This document shows, in pieces, positions 37,801 through 49,427 of a DNA stretch of 64,000 nt. The stretch is from the NCBI GenBank assembly GCA_038087875.1, contig CM075998.1, positions 4,218,001-4,282,000 on the forward strand. The letters are read 5' to 3'. A program made the translations under genes and the position numbers. How positions within the stretch are numbered: position 1 is the first letter of the stretch; each line of letters opens with the position of its first letter. The notes below the pieces were generated by a model. That model was not told the origin of the DNA. It worked only from the letters and a program-made list of their open reading frames with translations, and made no database searches. This DNA is from Malacoraja senta. Its lineage: Eukaryota.

Positions 37801-40800
37801 CGCCCTGGCCGGATTTGTAGCCACCTTGCCGGAAATATGGCGACCTTGCCGGATTTATGGCTACCTTGCCGGATTTATGGCGACCATGCCGGAAATATGG
37901 CGACCACGACGGATTTGTGGCGACCTTGCCGGATTTATGGCGACCTTGCCGGAAATATGGCTACTTCGCCGGATTTGTGGCGACCGTGCGGATTTCTGGC
38001 TACCTTGCCGGAGATATGGCGACCTTGCCGGATTTGTGCCGACCTTGCCGGATATATGGCGACCTTGCCGGAAATATGACGACCTTTCCTGATTTCTGGC
38101 GACCTTGCCGGATTTATGGCGATCTTGCCGAATTTGTGGCGGCCTTGCCGGAAATATGGCGACCCCGCCGAATTTACGACCTTGCCGGATATATGGCGAC
38201 CTTGCCGGATATATGGCGACCTTGTCGGAAATATGGCGACCTCGCCGGATTTATGGCGTCCTTGCCGGAAATATGGCGACCTTGCCGGATTTATGGCGAA
38301 CTCGCCGGATTTATGGTGTCCTTGCCGGAAATATGGCGACCTCGCCGGATTTATGGCGGCCTCGCCGGATTTAGGACCTTGCCGGAAATGTGGCGACTTC
38401 GCCGGATTTATGGCGACCATGCCGGATTTATGGCGACCTTGCCCGAATTATGGCGACCTTGCCTGATTTATGGCGACCTTTCCGGATTTGTGGTGACCTT
38501 GCCGGAAATATGGCGACCTCGCCGGATTTATGGCGACCTTGCCGGATTTGTGGCGCCGTGCCGGAAATATGGCGACCTCGCCGGATTTATGGCGACCTTG
38601 CCGGATTTGTGGCGACCTTGCCGGAAATATGGCGACCTCGCCGGATTTGTGGCGACCTTGTCGAATTTATGGCGACCTTGCCGGAAATATGGCGACCTTG
38701 ATTTGAGGCGAACTTGCCGGATTTATGGAGATGTTGCTGGAAATATGGCGACCTTGCCGAATTTATGGCGACCTTGCCGATATATGGCGACCTTGCCGGA
38801 TATATGGCGACCTTGCCGGAAATATGGCGACCTCGCCGGATTTATGGCGTCCTTGCCGGAAATATGGCGACCTTGCCGGATTTATGGCGAACTCGCCGGA
38901 TTTATGGTGTCCTTGCCGGAAATATGGCGACCTCGCCGGATTTATGGCTGCCTCGCCAGATTTAGGACCTTGCCGGATTTGTGGCGACTTCGCCGGATAT
39001 ATGGCGACCTTGCCGGATATATGGCGACCTTGCCGGAAATATGGCGACCTTGCCGGTTTTGTGGCGAACTTGCCGGATTTATGGTGACCTTTCCGGGTTT
39101 GTGGCGACCTTGCCGGAAATATGGCGACCTCGCCGGATTTGTGGCGACCTTGCCGGATTTATGGCGACCTTGCCGGAAATATGGCTACTTCGCCGGATAT
39201 GTGGCGACCGTGCGGATTTCTGGCTACCTTGCCGGAGATATGGCGACCTTGCCGGATTTGTGCCGACCTTGCCGGATATATGGCGACCTTGCCGGAAATA
39301 TGACGACCTTTCCTGATTTCTGGCGACCTTGCCGGATTTATGGCGATCTTGCCGAATTTGTGGCGGCCTTGCCGGAAATATGGCGACCCCGCCGAATTTA
39401 TGGCGACCTTGCCGGATATATGGCGACCTTGCCGGATATATGGCGACCTTGTCGGAAATATGGCGACCTCGCCGGATTTATGGCGTCCTTGCCGGAAATA
39501 TGGCGACCTTGCCGGATTTATGGCGAACTCGCCGGATTTATGGTGTCCTTGCCGGAAATATGGCGACCTCGCCGGATTTATGGCGGCCTCGCCGGATTTA
39601 GGACCTTGCCGGAAATGTGGCGACTTCGCCGGATTTATGGCGACCATGCCGGATTTATGGCGACCTTGCCCGAATTATGGCGACCTTGCCTGATTTATGG
39701 CGACCTTTCCGGATTTGTGGTGACCTTGCCGGAAATATGGCGACCTCGCCGGATTTATGGCGACCTTGCCGGATTTGTGGCGCCGTGCCGGAAATATGGC
39801 GACCTCGCCGGATTTATGGCGACCTTGCCGGATTTGTGGCGACCTTGCCGGAAATATGGCGACCTCGCCGGATTTGTGGCGACCTTGTCGAATTTATGGC
39901 GACCTTGCCGGAAATATGGCGACCTTGATTTGAGGCGAACTTGCCGGATTTATGGAGATGTTGCTGGAAATATGGCGACCTTGCCGAATTTATGGCGACC
40001 TTGCCGGATATATGGCGACCTTGCCGGATATATGGCGACCTTGCCGGAAATATGGCGACCTCGCCGGATTTATGGCGTCCTTGCCGGAAATATGGCGACC
40101 TTGCCGGATTTATGGCGAACTCGCAGGATTTATGGTGTCCTTGCCGGAAATATGGCGACCTCGCCGGATTTATGGCGGCCTCGCCAGATTTAGGACCTTG
40201 CCGGATTTGTGGCGACTTCGCCGGATATATGGCGACCTTGCCGGATATATGGCGACCTTGCCGGAAATATGGCGACCTTGCCGGTTTTGTGGCGAACTTG
40301 CCGGATTTATGGTGACCTTTCCGGGTTTGTGGCGACCTTGCCGGAAATATGGCGACCTCGCCGGATTTGTGGCGACCTTGCCGGATTTATGGCGACCTTG
40401 CCGGAAATATGGCTACTTCGCCGGATATGTGGCGAACTTGCGGATTTCTGGCGACATTGCCGGAATATGGCGACCTTGCCGGATTTGTGGCGACCTTGCG
40501 GGATTTATGACGACCTCGCCGGAAATATGGCGACCTTGCCGGATTTGTGGCGACCTTGCCGGATTTATGGAGACGTTGCTGGAAATAATGTCGACCTTGC
40601 CGGATTTGTGGCGACCTTGCGGGATTTATGGCGACCTTGCCGGAAAAATGGCGACCTTGCCGGATTTGTGGCTACTTTGCCTGATTTATGGCGACCTTGC
40701 CGTAATTATGGCGCCCTGGCCGGATTTGTAGCCACCTTGCCGGAAATATGGCGACCTTGCCGGATTTATGGCTACCTTGCCGGATTTATGCCGACCATGC

Positions 40801-41579
40801 CGGAAATATGGCGACCACGACGGATTTGTGGCGACCTTGCCGGATTTATGGCGACCTTGCCGGAAATATGGCTACTTCGCCGGATTTGTGGCGACCGTGC
40901 GGATTTCTGGCTACCTTGCCGGAGATATGGCGACCTTGCCGGATTTGTGCCGACCTTGCCGGATATATGGCGACCTTGCCGGAAATATGACGACCTTTCC
41001 TGATTTCTGGCGACCTTGCCGGATTTATGGCGATCTTGCCGAATTTGTGGCGGCCTTGCCGGAAATATGGCGACCCCGCCGAATTTATGGCGACCTTGCC
41101 GGATATATGGCGACCTTGCCGGATATATGGCGACCTTGTCGGAAATATGGCGACCTCGCCGGATTTATGGCGTCCTTGCCGGAAATATGGCGACCTTGCC
41201 GGATTTATGGCGAACTCGCCGGATTTATGGTGTCCTTGCCGGAAATATGGCGACCTCGCCGGATTTATGGCGGCCTCGCCGGATTTAGGACCTTGCCGGA
41301 AATGTGGCGACTTCGCCGGATTTATGGCGACCATGCCGGATTTATGGCGACCTTGCCCGAATTATGGCGACCTTGCCTGATTTATGGCGACCTTTCCGGA
41401 TTTGTGGTGACCTTGCCGGAAATATGGCGACCTCGCCGGATTTATGGCGACCTTGCCGGATTTGTGGCGCCGTGCCGGAAATATGGCGACCTCGCCGGAT
41501 TTATGGCGACCCTTGCCGGAATTTGTGGCGACCTTGCCGGAAATATGGCGACCTCGCCGGATTTGTGGCGACCTTGTCG
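31898..41579. repeat. 20-bp tandem satellite, segment 3
   Basis: Same monomer and orientation; runs into the gap. Confidence 0.99.
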
Positions 41580-41779
41580 NNNNNNNNNNNNNNNNNNNNN
41601 NNNNNNNNNNNNNNNNNNNNNNNNNNNNNNNNNNNNNNNNNNNNNNNNNNNNNNNNNNNNNNNNNNNNNNNNNNNNNNNNNNNNNNNNNNNNNNNNNNNN
41701 NNNNNNNNNNNNNNNNNNNNNNNNNNNNNNNNNNNNNNNNNNNNNNNNNNNNNNNNNNNNNNNNNNNNNNNNNNNNNNN
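41580..41779. other. Assembly gap (200 N)
   Basis: Exactly 200 N. Confidence 1.
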
Positions 41780-41814
41780 CCAAGCAGAAAGCTTGGCTTA
41801 TTAACAAAACAATG

Positions 41815-42055
41815 GGCAAAAAACGCTGGAGTAACTCACCGGGTCAGGCAGGCATCATCTCTGGAGAAAAGGAATAGGTGACAGTTCGGGTCGAGACCCT
41901 TCTTCAGATTGAGAGTCAGGGGAGAGGGAAACGAGAGATATAGACGGTACATAGAAGAAATGGATGAAAGATCTGCATAAAGCAATGATGATCAAGAAAA
42001 GGTGGAGCCCACAATGGTCCATTGTTGGCTGTGGGGACGGTGATAACGAGTGGAT
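41815..42055 (-). mobile_element. Penelope-derived terminal fragment
   Basis: Similar to 53280-53470 (gctggagtaactca...gagacccttcttcag...gaaacgagagatatagacgg). Confidence 0.7.
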
Positions 42056-42165
42056 TTCTACAATGACTGTATCTTGGTCCCTTCTAAACCTCCTACCCTA
42101 TACCTTAAACCGATGGCCCTTGGTTATAGACTCCTGCATTAAGATAAATATTTATCCACACTACT

Positions 42166-42645
42166 AGATCGTCACGGAGACACCACGACGAGCCGTGCGC
42201 CTTAAGTCACGGCACCCCTTTGCCACGCAAGCCCAAGAGCTGCTCTGCACAACACCGGCTGACGCTTCTAAGGCCGCCTGGGTCAAGACGAGATGGAGAG
42301 ACCAGTGGAAGTCAGCGGAACCATCTAGGCTACACCATTACATCGATGACCCCATGGACGTCCCTGGCCAGGACCTGCCCCCGAAAGCAGTGGACCACCC
42401 TCAACCGCTTGAGGACAGGCGTCGGACGCTATGGAGTAGCGATGAAGAGGTGGGGGCCTCGTGGACAGCGAGTGCCTCCTGTGAGTGTGGGGACCCAACA
42501 CAGACAGTGGAGCACATCGTCACCAGTTGCCCCAAACACCGGCCACCGAATGGTGAACGAGGCCTGATGGACCTGGACGATGACACGTTGCCTGGCTCGC
42601 CTCAACGGAGCTGCAGGTCTACAAGACACACGACAGAAGAAGAAG
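42166..42645 (+). mobile_element. 5'-truncated non-LTR retrotransposon, Ingi/Vingi-like, with (GAA)n tail and 12-bp TSD
   Basis: TSD ATCCACACTACT at 42154-42165 and 42646-42657. Frameshifted peptide RLKSR...WTTLNRLRTGVGR...CECGDPTQTVEHIVTSCP (CCHC finger). Confidence 0.75.
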
Positions 42646-43529
42646 ATCCACACTACTCATAATCTTTCCGAGATATCTTCAAATGAATCTCAACAATACC
42701 GAGAAGGACAAAGAAAAAGAACTCGCACCAATTATAGCGACTTCCTCCATATGAAGTCTCAAGAGGTTCAAGCGATTCAAGAGAGTTTATTGTCATGTGT
42801 CCCAGATAGGACAATGACATTCTTCCTTTGCTTCAGCACAACAGAACATAGTAGGCATGAATACAGAACAGATCAGTCTGTCCATTTACCATTGAATATA
42901 ATGATTAACAGTCAATGCAGTATTTCTGAGGCAAAGTCACTGTGTAAGATGGAGAAATGTGCGGCCAATTTGCAGATGCCAAAAACAGCAACTGAGAAAA
43001 AAATGACCAGATAATTTGTTTTAGAGGAATAAATATTGGCTAAAACTCGAGGGGAACCAACATTTTCACGGGAGATTTTCTACCCACTTGAGCAGACCGA
43101 TGAAGGCATCCACGGCGTTTAGTATCTCGACATTTCTGCGCGGGAGGTCTTGCCAGATCCAAAAGCAAAATAATTAAGGTGTCCGTATCCAGAATAGAGC
43201 TTTGTTCAGAGGTGACCGAGATCCACTGCTGTTTATTATTGGCAGTTGCAGTGGGGGGTTTCAAGCCATTCACATCGGAAGTGTGGAAGAATTTTCCAAG
43301 CGTACACATTTGTGGAATTTCATTCACAGAGAGCAAGGTGCCCATTGTGCTTATGCCAGCTACTTTGCAGAAATATTGAGTTAGAATCTCTCTAACTCCG
43401 CTCTTCTCTCAGATGCACCATAATAGTTGATTACTACTCTGTTTGAATAAATATGTATTCCTTCATGATGTAGTATATTCATTAAAATATACCCATCTGC
43501 TCCTATAAATATGGTGATATGCATATTTA

Positions 43530-43776
43530 GAGTCATAGAGTCTTACAGTGTGGAAACAGGCCCTTCGGCCCAACATGTCCCATCTACACTAATTCTATAT
43601 TTCCCTCTAAACCTGTCCTATCATGTACCTGTCTAATAGTTCTTAAACTGTGACTGTACCAGCCTCATCTACCTCCTCTGGCAGCTCGTTCCATACACCC
43701 ACCACCCTCTGTGTGAAATAGTTACCCCTCTGGTTCCGATTGAATCTATCCCTCCCCCCCTCACCTTAAACCTATG
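43530..43776 (-). mobile_element. CR1 3' end fragment
   Basis: Reverse complement of CR1 ORF2 end and 3'UTR (compare 49434-49925). Confidence 0.65.
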
Positions 43777-43780
43777 TTTA

Positions 43781-44086
43781 GGGCGGTTACGGTGGCGCAG
43801 CGGTAGAGTTGCTGCTTACAGCGAATGCAGCGCCGGAGACCCCGGGTTCGATCCCGACTACGGGTCCTGTCTGTACGGAGTTTGTACCTTCTCCCCGTGA
43901 CCTGCGTGGGTTTTCTCCGAGATCTTCGGTTACCTCCCACACTCCAAAGACGTGCAGGTTTGTAGGTTAATTGGCTTTGGTAAATGTAAAAATTGTCCGC
44001 AGTGGGTGTAGGATGGTGTTAGTGTGCGGGGATCGCTGGTCGGCGCGGACCCGGTGGGCCGAAGGGCCTGTTTCTAAACGAAAACT
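43781..44086 (+). mobile_element. tRNA-derived SINE (HE1/V-SINE-like)
   Basis: A and B boxes, conserved core. Confidence 0.85.
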
Positions 44087-44195
44087 ATGGTTCTCGATTC
44101 CCCTACTCTGGGCAAGAGCCTCTGTGCATCCAGATTGGCAGCCGTCAAAAGATATCTGAGAGGGTGAACAGTCCCCGCCTATCATAACTGTATGG

Positions 44196-44388
44196 GTGGG
44201 AAGGAACTGCAGATGCTGGTTTAAACCGAAGATAGACACAATAAGTCAGCGGGACAGGCAGCATCTATGGAGAGAAGGAATGGGGGACATGGACTGAAGA
44301 AGGGTCTCGACCCGAAACGTCACCCATTCCTTCTCTCCAGAGACGCTGCCCGTCCCGGTGAGTTACTCCAGCTTTTTGTGTCTATCTT
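44196..44388. mobile_element. Short Penelope-derived element with inverted halves, hammerhead-like motif and 17-bp TSD
   Basis: TSD CTATCATAACTG(T/C)ATGG at 44179-44195 and 44389-44405. CTGAAGA-A-GGGTCtcGACCC-GAAACGTC at 44294-44321. Confidence 0.75.
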
Positions 44389-44892
44389 CTATCATAACTG
44401 CATGGTTTGTGGTTTGTTATCTCCCACTGTTGGCATGGCAACACTTGTGGAGGTGTCGGGAGCTGGGGGGCCTGGAAGAGAAAAAAGTCCTGAGAATGAA
44501 TTCACCTCATCCAATATAAAATGATGCCTTTGTTCTTCAGCGATTTAGTATCATCTATGAAGAATGGGCCAAGAATACTTCAGCTTGTTGTGTCATCCTT
44601 GTTTGTGACTTCAAAGAAGAGGAGTTTAGCACAGAGAGGCTGCATACTGAAGCCAAACACCTTCTTACTGGTTTCATTAGTCAAGCGGAATATAATTCGG
44701 CAACTTCCTCACACAGGAAGCTCGATTCTATCTTTGCTCAAAGATAGCAAAGATCAAATGTAGAAAAGCAAATAACGTTATGTTATTGTTCATAGGCGAT
44801 TAAGTTAAACTTTTGCAGTTTTACCCAGTCAAAACCCACTTGGTGTGAAAATAGTGCAAACGTCTTTCTTTCTATTAACACGGATGAGAAAT

Positions 44893-45199
44893 TGTGGCGC
44901 GGTGGCGCAGTGGTAGAGTTGCTGCCTCACAGCGCCAGAGTCCCGGGTTCCATCCTGACTGTCTGTACGGAGTTTGTACATTTTTCCCCGTGACCTGCGT
45001 GGGTTTTCTCCAGGTGCTCCGGTTTCCTTCCACGCTCCAAAGGCGAACAGGTTTGAAGGTTAATTGGCTTCTGTAAATTGTTCATTGTCCCTAGTGTGTG
45101 TAGGATTGTGTTGGAGTGCGGGAATCGCTGGTTGGGGCATAATCGATGGGCCGAAGGGCCCGTTTCCACGCTGTATCTCTAAACTAAACTGAACTAAAA
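44893..45199 (+). mobile_element. tRNA-derived SINE (HE1/V-SINE-like)
   Basis: A and B boxes, core, (TAAAC)n tail. Confidence 0.85.
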
Positions 45200-45338
45200 T
45201 GGAGTGGAGATGCTGAAAATGTTTCTATGGTGAGAATGAGGCAGCTGAACCAAATGCCTGCAAGAGTGTTAAATCATTTCTTTGTCTCTGTTTTACCAAG
45301 GAGAAGGGAAAGAAATTTATCCCTAAAACAAGGATAAG

Positions 45339-45822
45339 GAATGAATGAATGAATGAATGAATGAATGAATGAATGTTTATTGGCCAAGTATTCACATACA
45401 AGGAATTTGCCTTGGTGCTCTGCCCGCAAATGACAACATGACATACAGTGACAGTTTGGAATGACACATAAAACATTAAACATTAATAATAAAACATTAT
45501 TGATTAAACATATGAATTAAGTAAAATACCAGAGCAAAAGGAGGCTACAGATTTTTGGTTGAGTAGAGCAACTACTCATGGGGATAAAAGCTATTTTTAT
45601 GTCTGGCTGTGGCAGCTTTGACAGTCCGGAGTCGCCTTCTAGAGGGAAGTGATTCAAAGAGTTTGTGGCCAGGGTGAGAGGGGTCAGAGATGATCTTGCC
45701 CGCTCGCTTCCTGGCCATGCAGTGTACAGTTCGTCAATGGAGGGAAGGTTGCAGCCAATAACCTTCTCAGCTGATCGGACGATTCGCTGCAGCCTCCGGA
45801 TGTCGTGCTTGGTGGCTGAGCC
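45339..45822 (-). mobile_element. LINE 3' end with (ATTC)n tail (Rex1/Babar- or L2-like)
   Basis: (GAAT)n tail with AATAAA on the minus strand; encodes LFESLPSRRRLR-type C-terminus. A shorter copy lies at 49609-49740. Confidence 0.65.
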
Positions 45823-46949
45823 AGGGACTATCGCAACGTTTAAGGAACAGACAGGTACATGGATTGGACAGATTTAAAGGGATATGAATGAATGAATGAA
45901 TGAATAAGTTGTGCCATTGTTCATATTACTGCTGCCTTGGGTGCTGAACAGCCGTGCCAACTCAACGTAAATAGTCCCTTGGGGCCCGATGAGTTTCATC
46001 TGAGGGATCCTGAAGAAAATAAGAAAAGAGACTGCATGAACTCCTGCCCAAAGTTCCAAGGATGAATGTGTACTGGAAAAGTGCAGGAGTGGAGAAAGTC
46101 AGATGTTACCTTCTATTTTTAAAATTGCTAGTGAGCGCCAGAGGTTTTTGGGGGAAGGCAGGAGAATGGGGTTAAGAGGGAAAGATAGATCAGCCATGAT
46201 TGAATGGCGGAGTAGACTCGATTGTCCTATGGCCTAATTCTGCTCCTAGAACCAATGAACTTATGAACTACATATGGTCCAGAAAATGGGAACATTTGAT
46301 ATTCAGTGAAGATAAAGGTTTGGAAACATTTTAAGAAAGCATGTTGGAATAATAAGAGGGACAAAAGCAGTTTCTTGAAGGAAGTTTTAGCAATCTAACT
46401 TTCTGGGCTTTCGTTGAGTGTGCGATCGAGAAGCTGGCAAGTGATAAGACAATGAATGTGCTGTACTTATGTCGCAGTGTTGCCTTTGATGCTACCCTGC
46501 CGGGGAGGCTGGGAATGAGAATAAGGATAGCATCAACGTGGCGCAGCGGTGGAGTTGCTGCGTTACAGCACACTTGTACGGACGGCACCCGCAGTCAGGG
46601 TCGAACCTAAGCAAATTGAAGGAACAGCGCCTCATATTTCGCTTGAGCAGCTTTCACCCAAGTGGTGTGATCCTTGATTTCTCTCATTTCAAGTAACCCT
46701 TGCATTCCCTCTCTCTCCGTCCCTCCCCCACCCGAGTCGTCCTCTTCGTATCCCTTCACTGTCTCCTCTTCCACATCCAACATGGGACCATTGTGGGCTC
46801 CACCTTTCCCGAGTCGTCGGTGCCGGCACTGATTTGGTCCTGTACCTTTTCCTACTTCTAGTTTCCCTCTCCCCCGACTCTCAGTCTGAAGAAACGTCAC
46901 CCATTCGGTGCACCACTGAACCCCCTTGACCACAAGAACTCCATCTGAC

Positions 46950-47810
46950 TGGGGAAAAGGAATAGGTGACGTTTTGGGTCAAGACCCTTCTTCAGACTGA
47001 GACTAGAACCGTTTTGGGTCAAGGCCCTTCTTCAGTCACCTATTCCTTTTCTCCACAGATGCTGCCTGACCCGCTGAGTTACTCCAGCACTCTGTGAAAC
47101 GTCACCTATCCATGTTCTCCCACAGATGCTGCCTGACCCGCGGAGTTACTCCAGCACTCCTGTGAAACGTCACCTATCCATGTTCTCCCACAGATGCTGC
47201 CTGACCCGCTGAGTTACTCCAGCACTCTGTGAAACGTCACCTATCCATGTTCCGGCAGCATCTATGGAGCGAAGGAAATAGGCAACGTTTCGGCCCGAAA
47301 CCCTTCCGGGTTTCGGCCCGAACGTTGCCTATTTCCTTCAGGGTTTCGGCCCGAAAGGTTGCCCATTTCCTTCGCTCCACAGATGCTGCCTGACCCGCTG
47401 AGTTACTCCAGCACTCTGTGAAACGTCACCTATCCATGTTCTCCACAGATGCTGCCTGACCCACTGAGTTACTCCAGCACTCTGAAACGTCACCTATCCA
47501 TGTTCTCCACAGATGCTGCCTGACGCGCTGGAGTTACTCCAGCACTCTGTGAAACGTCACCTATCCATGTTCCGGCAGCATCTATGGAGCGAAGGAAATA
47601 GGCAACGTTTCGGCCCGAAACCCTTCCGGGTTTCGGCCCGAAACGTTGCCTATTTCCTTCAGGGTTTCGGCCCGAAAGGTTGCCCATTTCCTTCGCTCCA
47701 CAGATGCTGCCTGACCCCGCTGAGTTACTCCAGCACTCTGTGAAACGTCACCTGCCCATGTTCTCCACAGATGCTGCCTGACCCGCTGAGTTACTCCGGC
47801 ATGTTGTGTC
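46950..47810. repeat. Minisatellite (~63-68 bp) built from a Penelope terminus, with a 320-bp higher-order duplication
   Basis: Unit TGAAACGTCACCTATCCATGTTCTCCACAGATGCTGCCTGACCCGCTGAGTTACTCCAGCACTCTG. Block at 47261 recurs at 47581. Confidence 0.85.
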
Positions 47811-48068
47811 GACCCTAAGCATCTATCTCCTCCACCACAAGTGCACAAGTGTGTGCATCTACAAAATGCACAGCGGTTACTCACCCAGGCTATTCCCACA
47901 ACACTCCCTAACCCTGACCTCTACCATCAAGGACAAGGGCAGTAGGCGCATGGAGCAGTGCTATTTGCAGCATCCCCTCCAAGTTGCACACCATCCTGAC
48001 TTTAATGTTTATGACCACTCATTCATTGTCACCCTGTAAACGCTCAAACCTCCTCCCCAACCGTATAA

Positions 48069-48391
48069 CGGTGGCGCAGCGGTAGAGTTGCTGCCTTACA
48101 GCGCTTGCAGCGCCAGAGACCCGGGTTCCATCCCGACTACGGGTGCTGTCTGTACGGAGTTTGTACGTTCTCCCCGTGACCTGCGTGGGGTTTCCACCGA
48201 GATCTTCGCTCCCCCCCACACTCCAAAGACGTACAGGTTTGTAGGTTAATTGGCTTGGTAAATGTAAACATTGTCCCCAGTGTGCGGTGGATAGTGTTAG
48301 TGTGCGGGGATCGCCGGTCAGTATGGACTCGGTGGGCCGAAGGGCCTGTTTCCGCGCTGTATCTCTAAACTAGACAAAACTAAACTAAACT
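48069..48391 (+). mobile_element. tRNA-derived SINE (HE1/V-SINE-like)
   Basis: A and B boxes, core, tail. Confidence 0.85.
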
Positions 48392-48794
48392 GCATTAGCT
48401 TGAGAAAGTGGTTCACCACTAACTTCTCAAGGGCAATTGTGACAGGTGATATCAACGATGCCCACATCGTATTAAGAAATGAAAAAATGGAAATTGCTAC
48501 GCCATTTCTTCATGTGGCAATCCACAAATGAAAATTTCTTGGACGGCTGATCCAGTATGAAACTGCGAGCCAACTATGCCACATGCCCAAGGTGAAAAGT
48601 TCAACCCTTTTATACAATTATAATATCATAACCTTAGCATGAAATATGACAAAACTGTTCAGTGCTAGTGGTGAGAAAATATGGCCAAAGGCACAGCGTT
48701 TTGCAGTCCCTTTATCAACAATCTTCTCTCAATATTCCACTGGACAATCTATTATTGGGCAACTTTCTTCAGCGACAAACTCTAGACAGCATCT

Positions 48795-49164
48795 GAAGAT
48801 AGACACAAAGTGCTGGAGTGACTCAGCGGGTCTAGCATCGTCTCTAGAGAAAAAGAGTGGGTGATGTTTCGGATTTGGACCCTTCTTCAGACTGAAAGTA
48901 GGGGGGTGGGAGGTGGGTGAAGAGGCGAGAGAAGGCTAGGACATAACAAGGCCAGCCACAAATGACCGCAGGCGCCCTGGTAGGACCATTGTTGGCTTGG
49001 GAAAATGCGATATCAAGAAGTCTGGAATCTGGAGTCAGGCGTCTGAAGAAGGGTCTCAACCCGAAAACGTCACCCATTCCTTTTTCTCCAGAGATGCTGC
49101 CTGAGTTACTCCAGCACTTTGTGTCTATCTTCGGTATATACCAGCATCTGCAGTTCCTTTCTAC
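48795..49164. mobile_element. Penelope-derived element with inverted halves
   Basis: gaagatagacacaaagtgctggag ... ctccagcactttgtgtctatcttc inverted arms, two hammerhead-like motifs. Confidence 0.65.
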
Positions 49165-49427
49165 TCATTCTTCTCCTTGGAACAGTGGAGGTTGTGGGGG
49201 ATTCTGATTGAGGGGTTTATAATCAGGAAGATTCGATGCAGAAAATACGGAGAGAAACTGTTCCCCTGGGTGAGGGGTTGGCAGAAGAAGCAAAATAGAC
49301 ACAAGGGATGTTGCTGCTGTAAAAGGCATATTATCCAGTATGGGATGCTGGATAATCATAGAATTATTTTATAGATAATAGACAATAAGGAAGTCATTCA
49401 ATGCATGAACTACAGAAATAAGGAAGA

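Noticed and set aside
6359..41579. Hundreds of overlapping repeat ORFs as real protein genes
   Set aside because: The same peptide appears in all three frames, frameshifting indels and stops are frequent, and there is no gene structure. It follows from a stop-free 20-mer.
6359..41579. CRISPR array
   Set aside because: No unique spacers, no cas genes, vertebrate context.
43040..43410. Unique-looking open frames as exons
   Set aside because: No recognisable domain or convincing splice pair; needs RNA-seq.
44400..44763. Unique-looking ORFs
   Set aside because: Short, with stops in each frame across the block and no recognisable motif.
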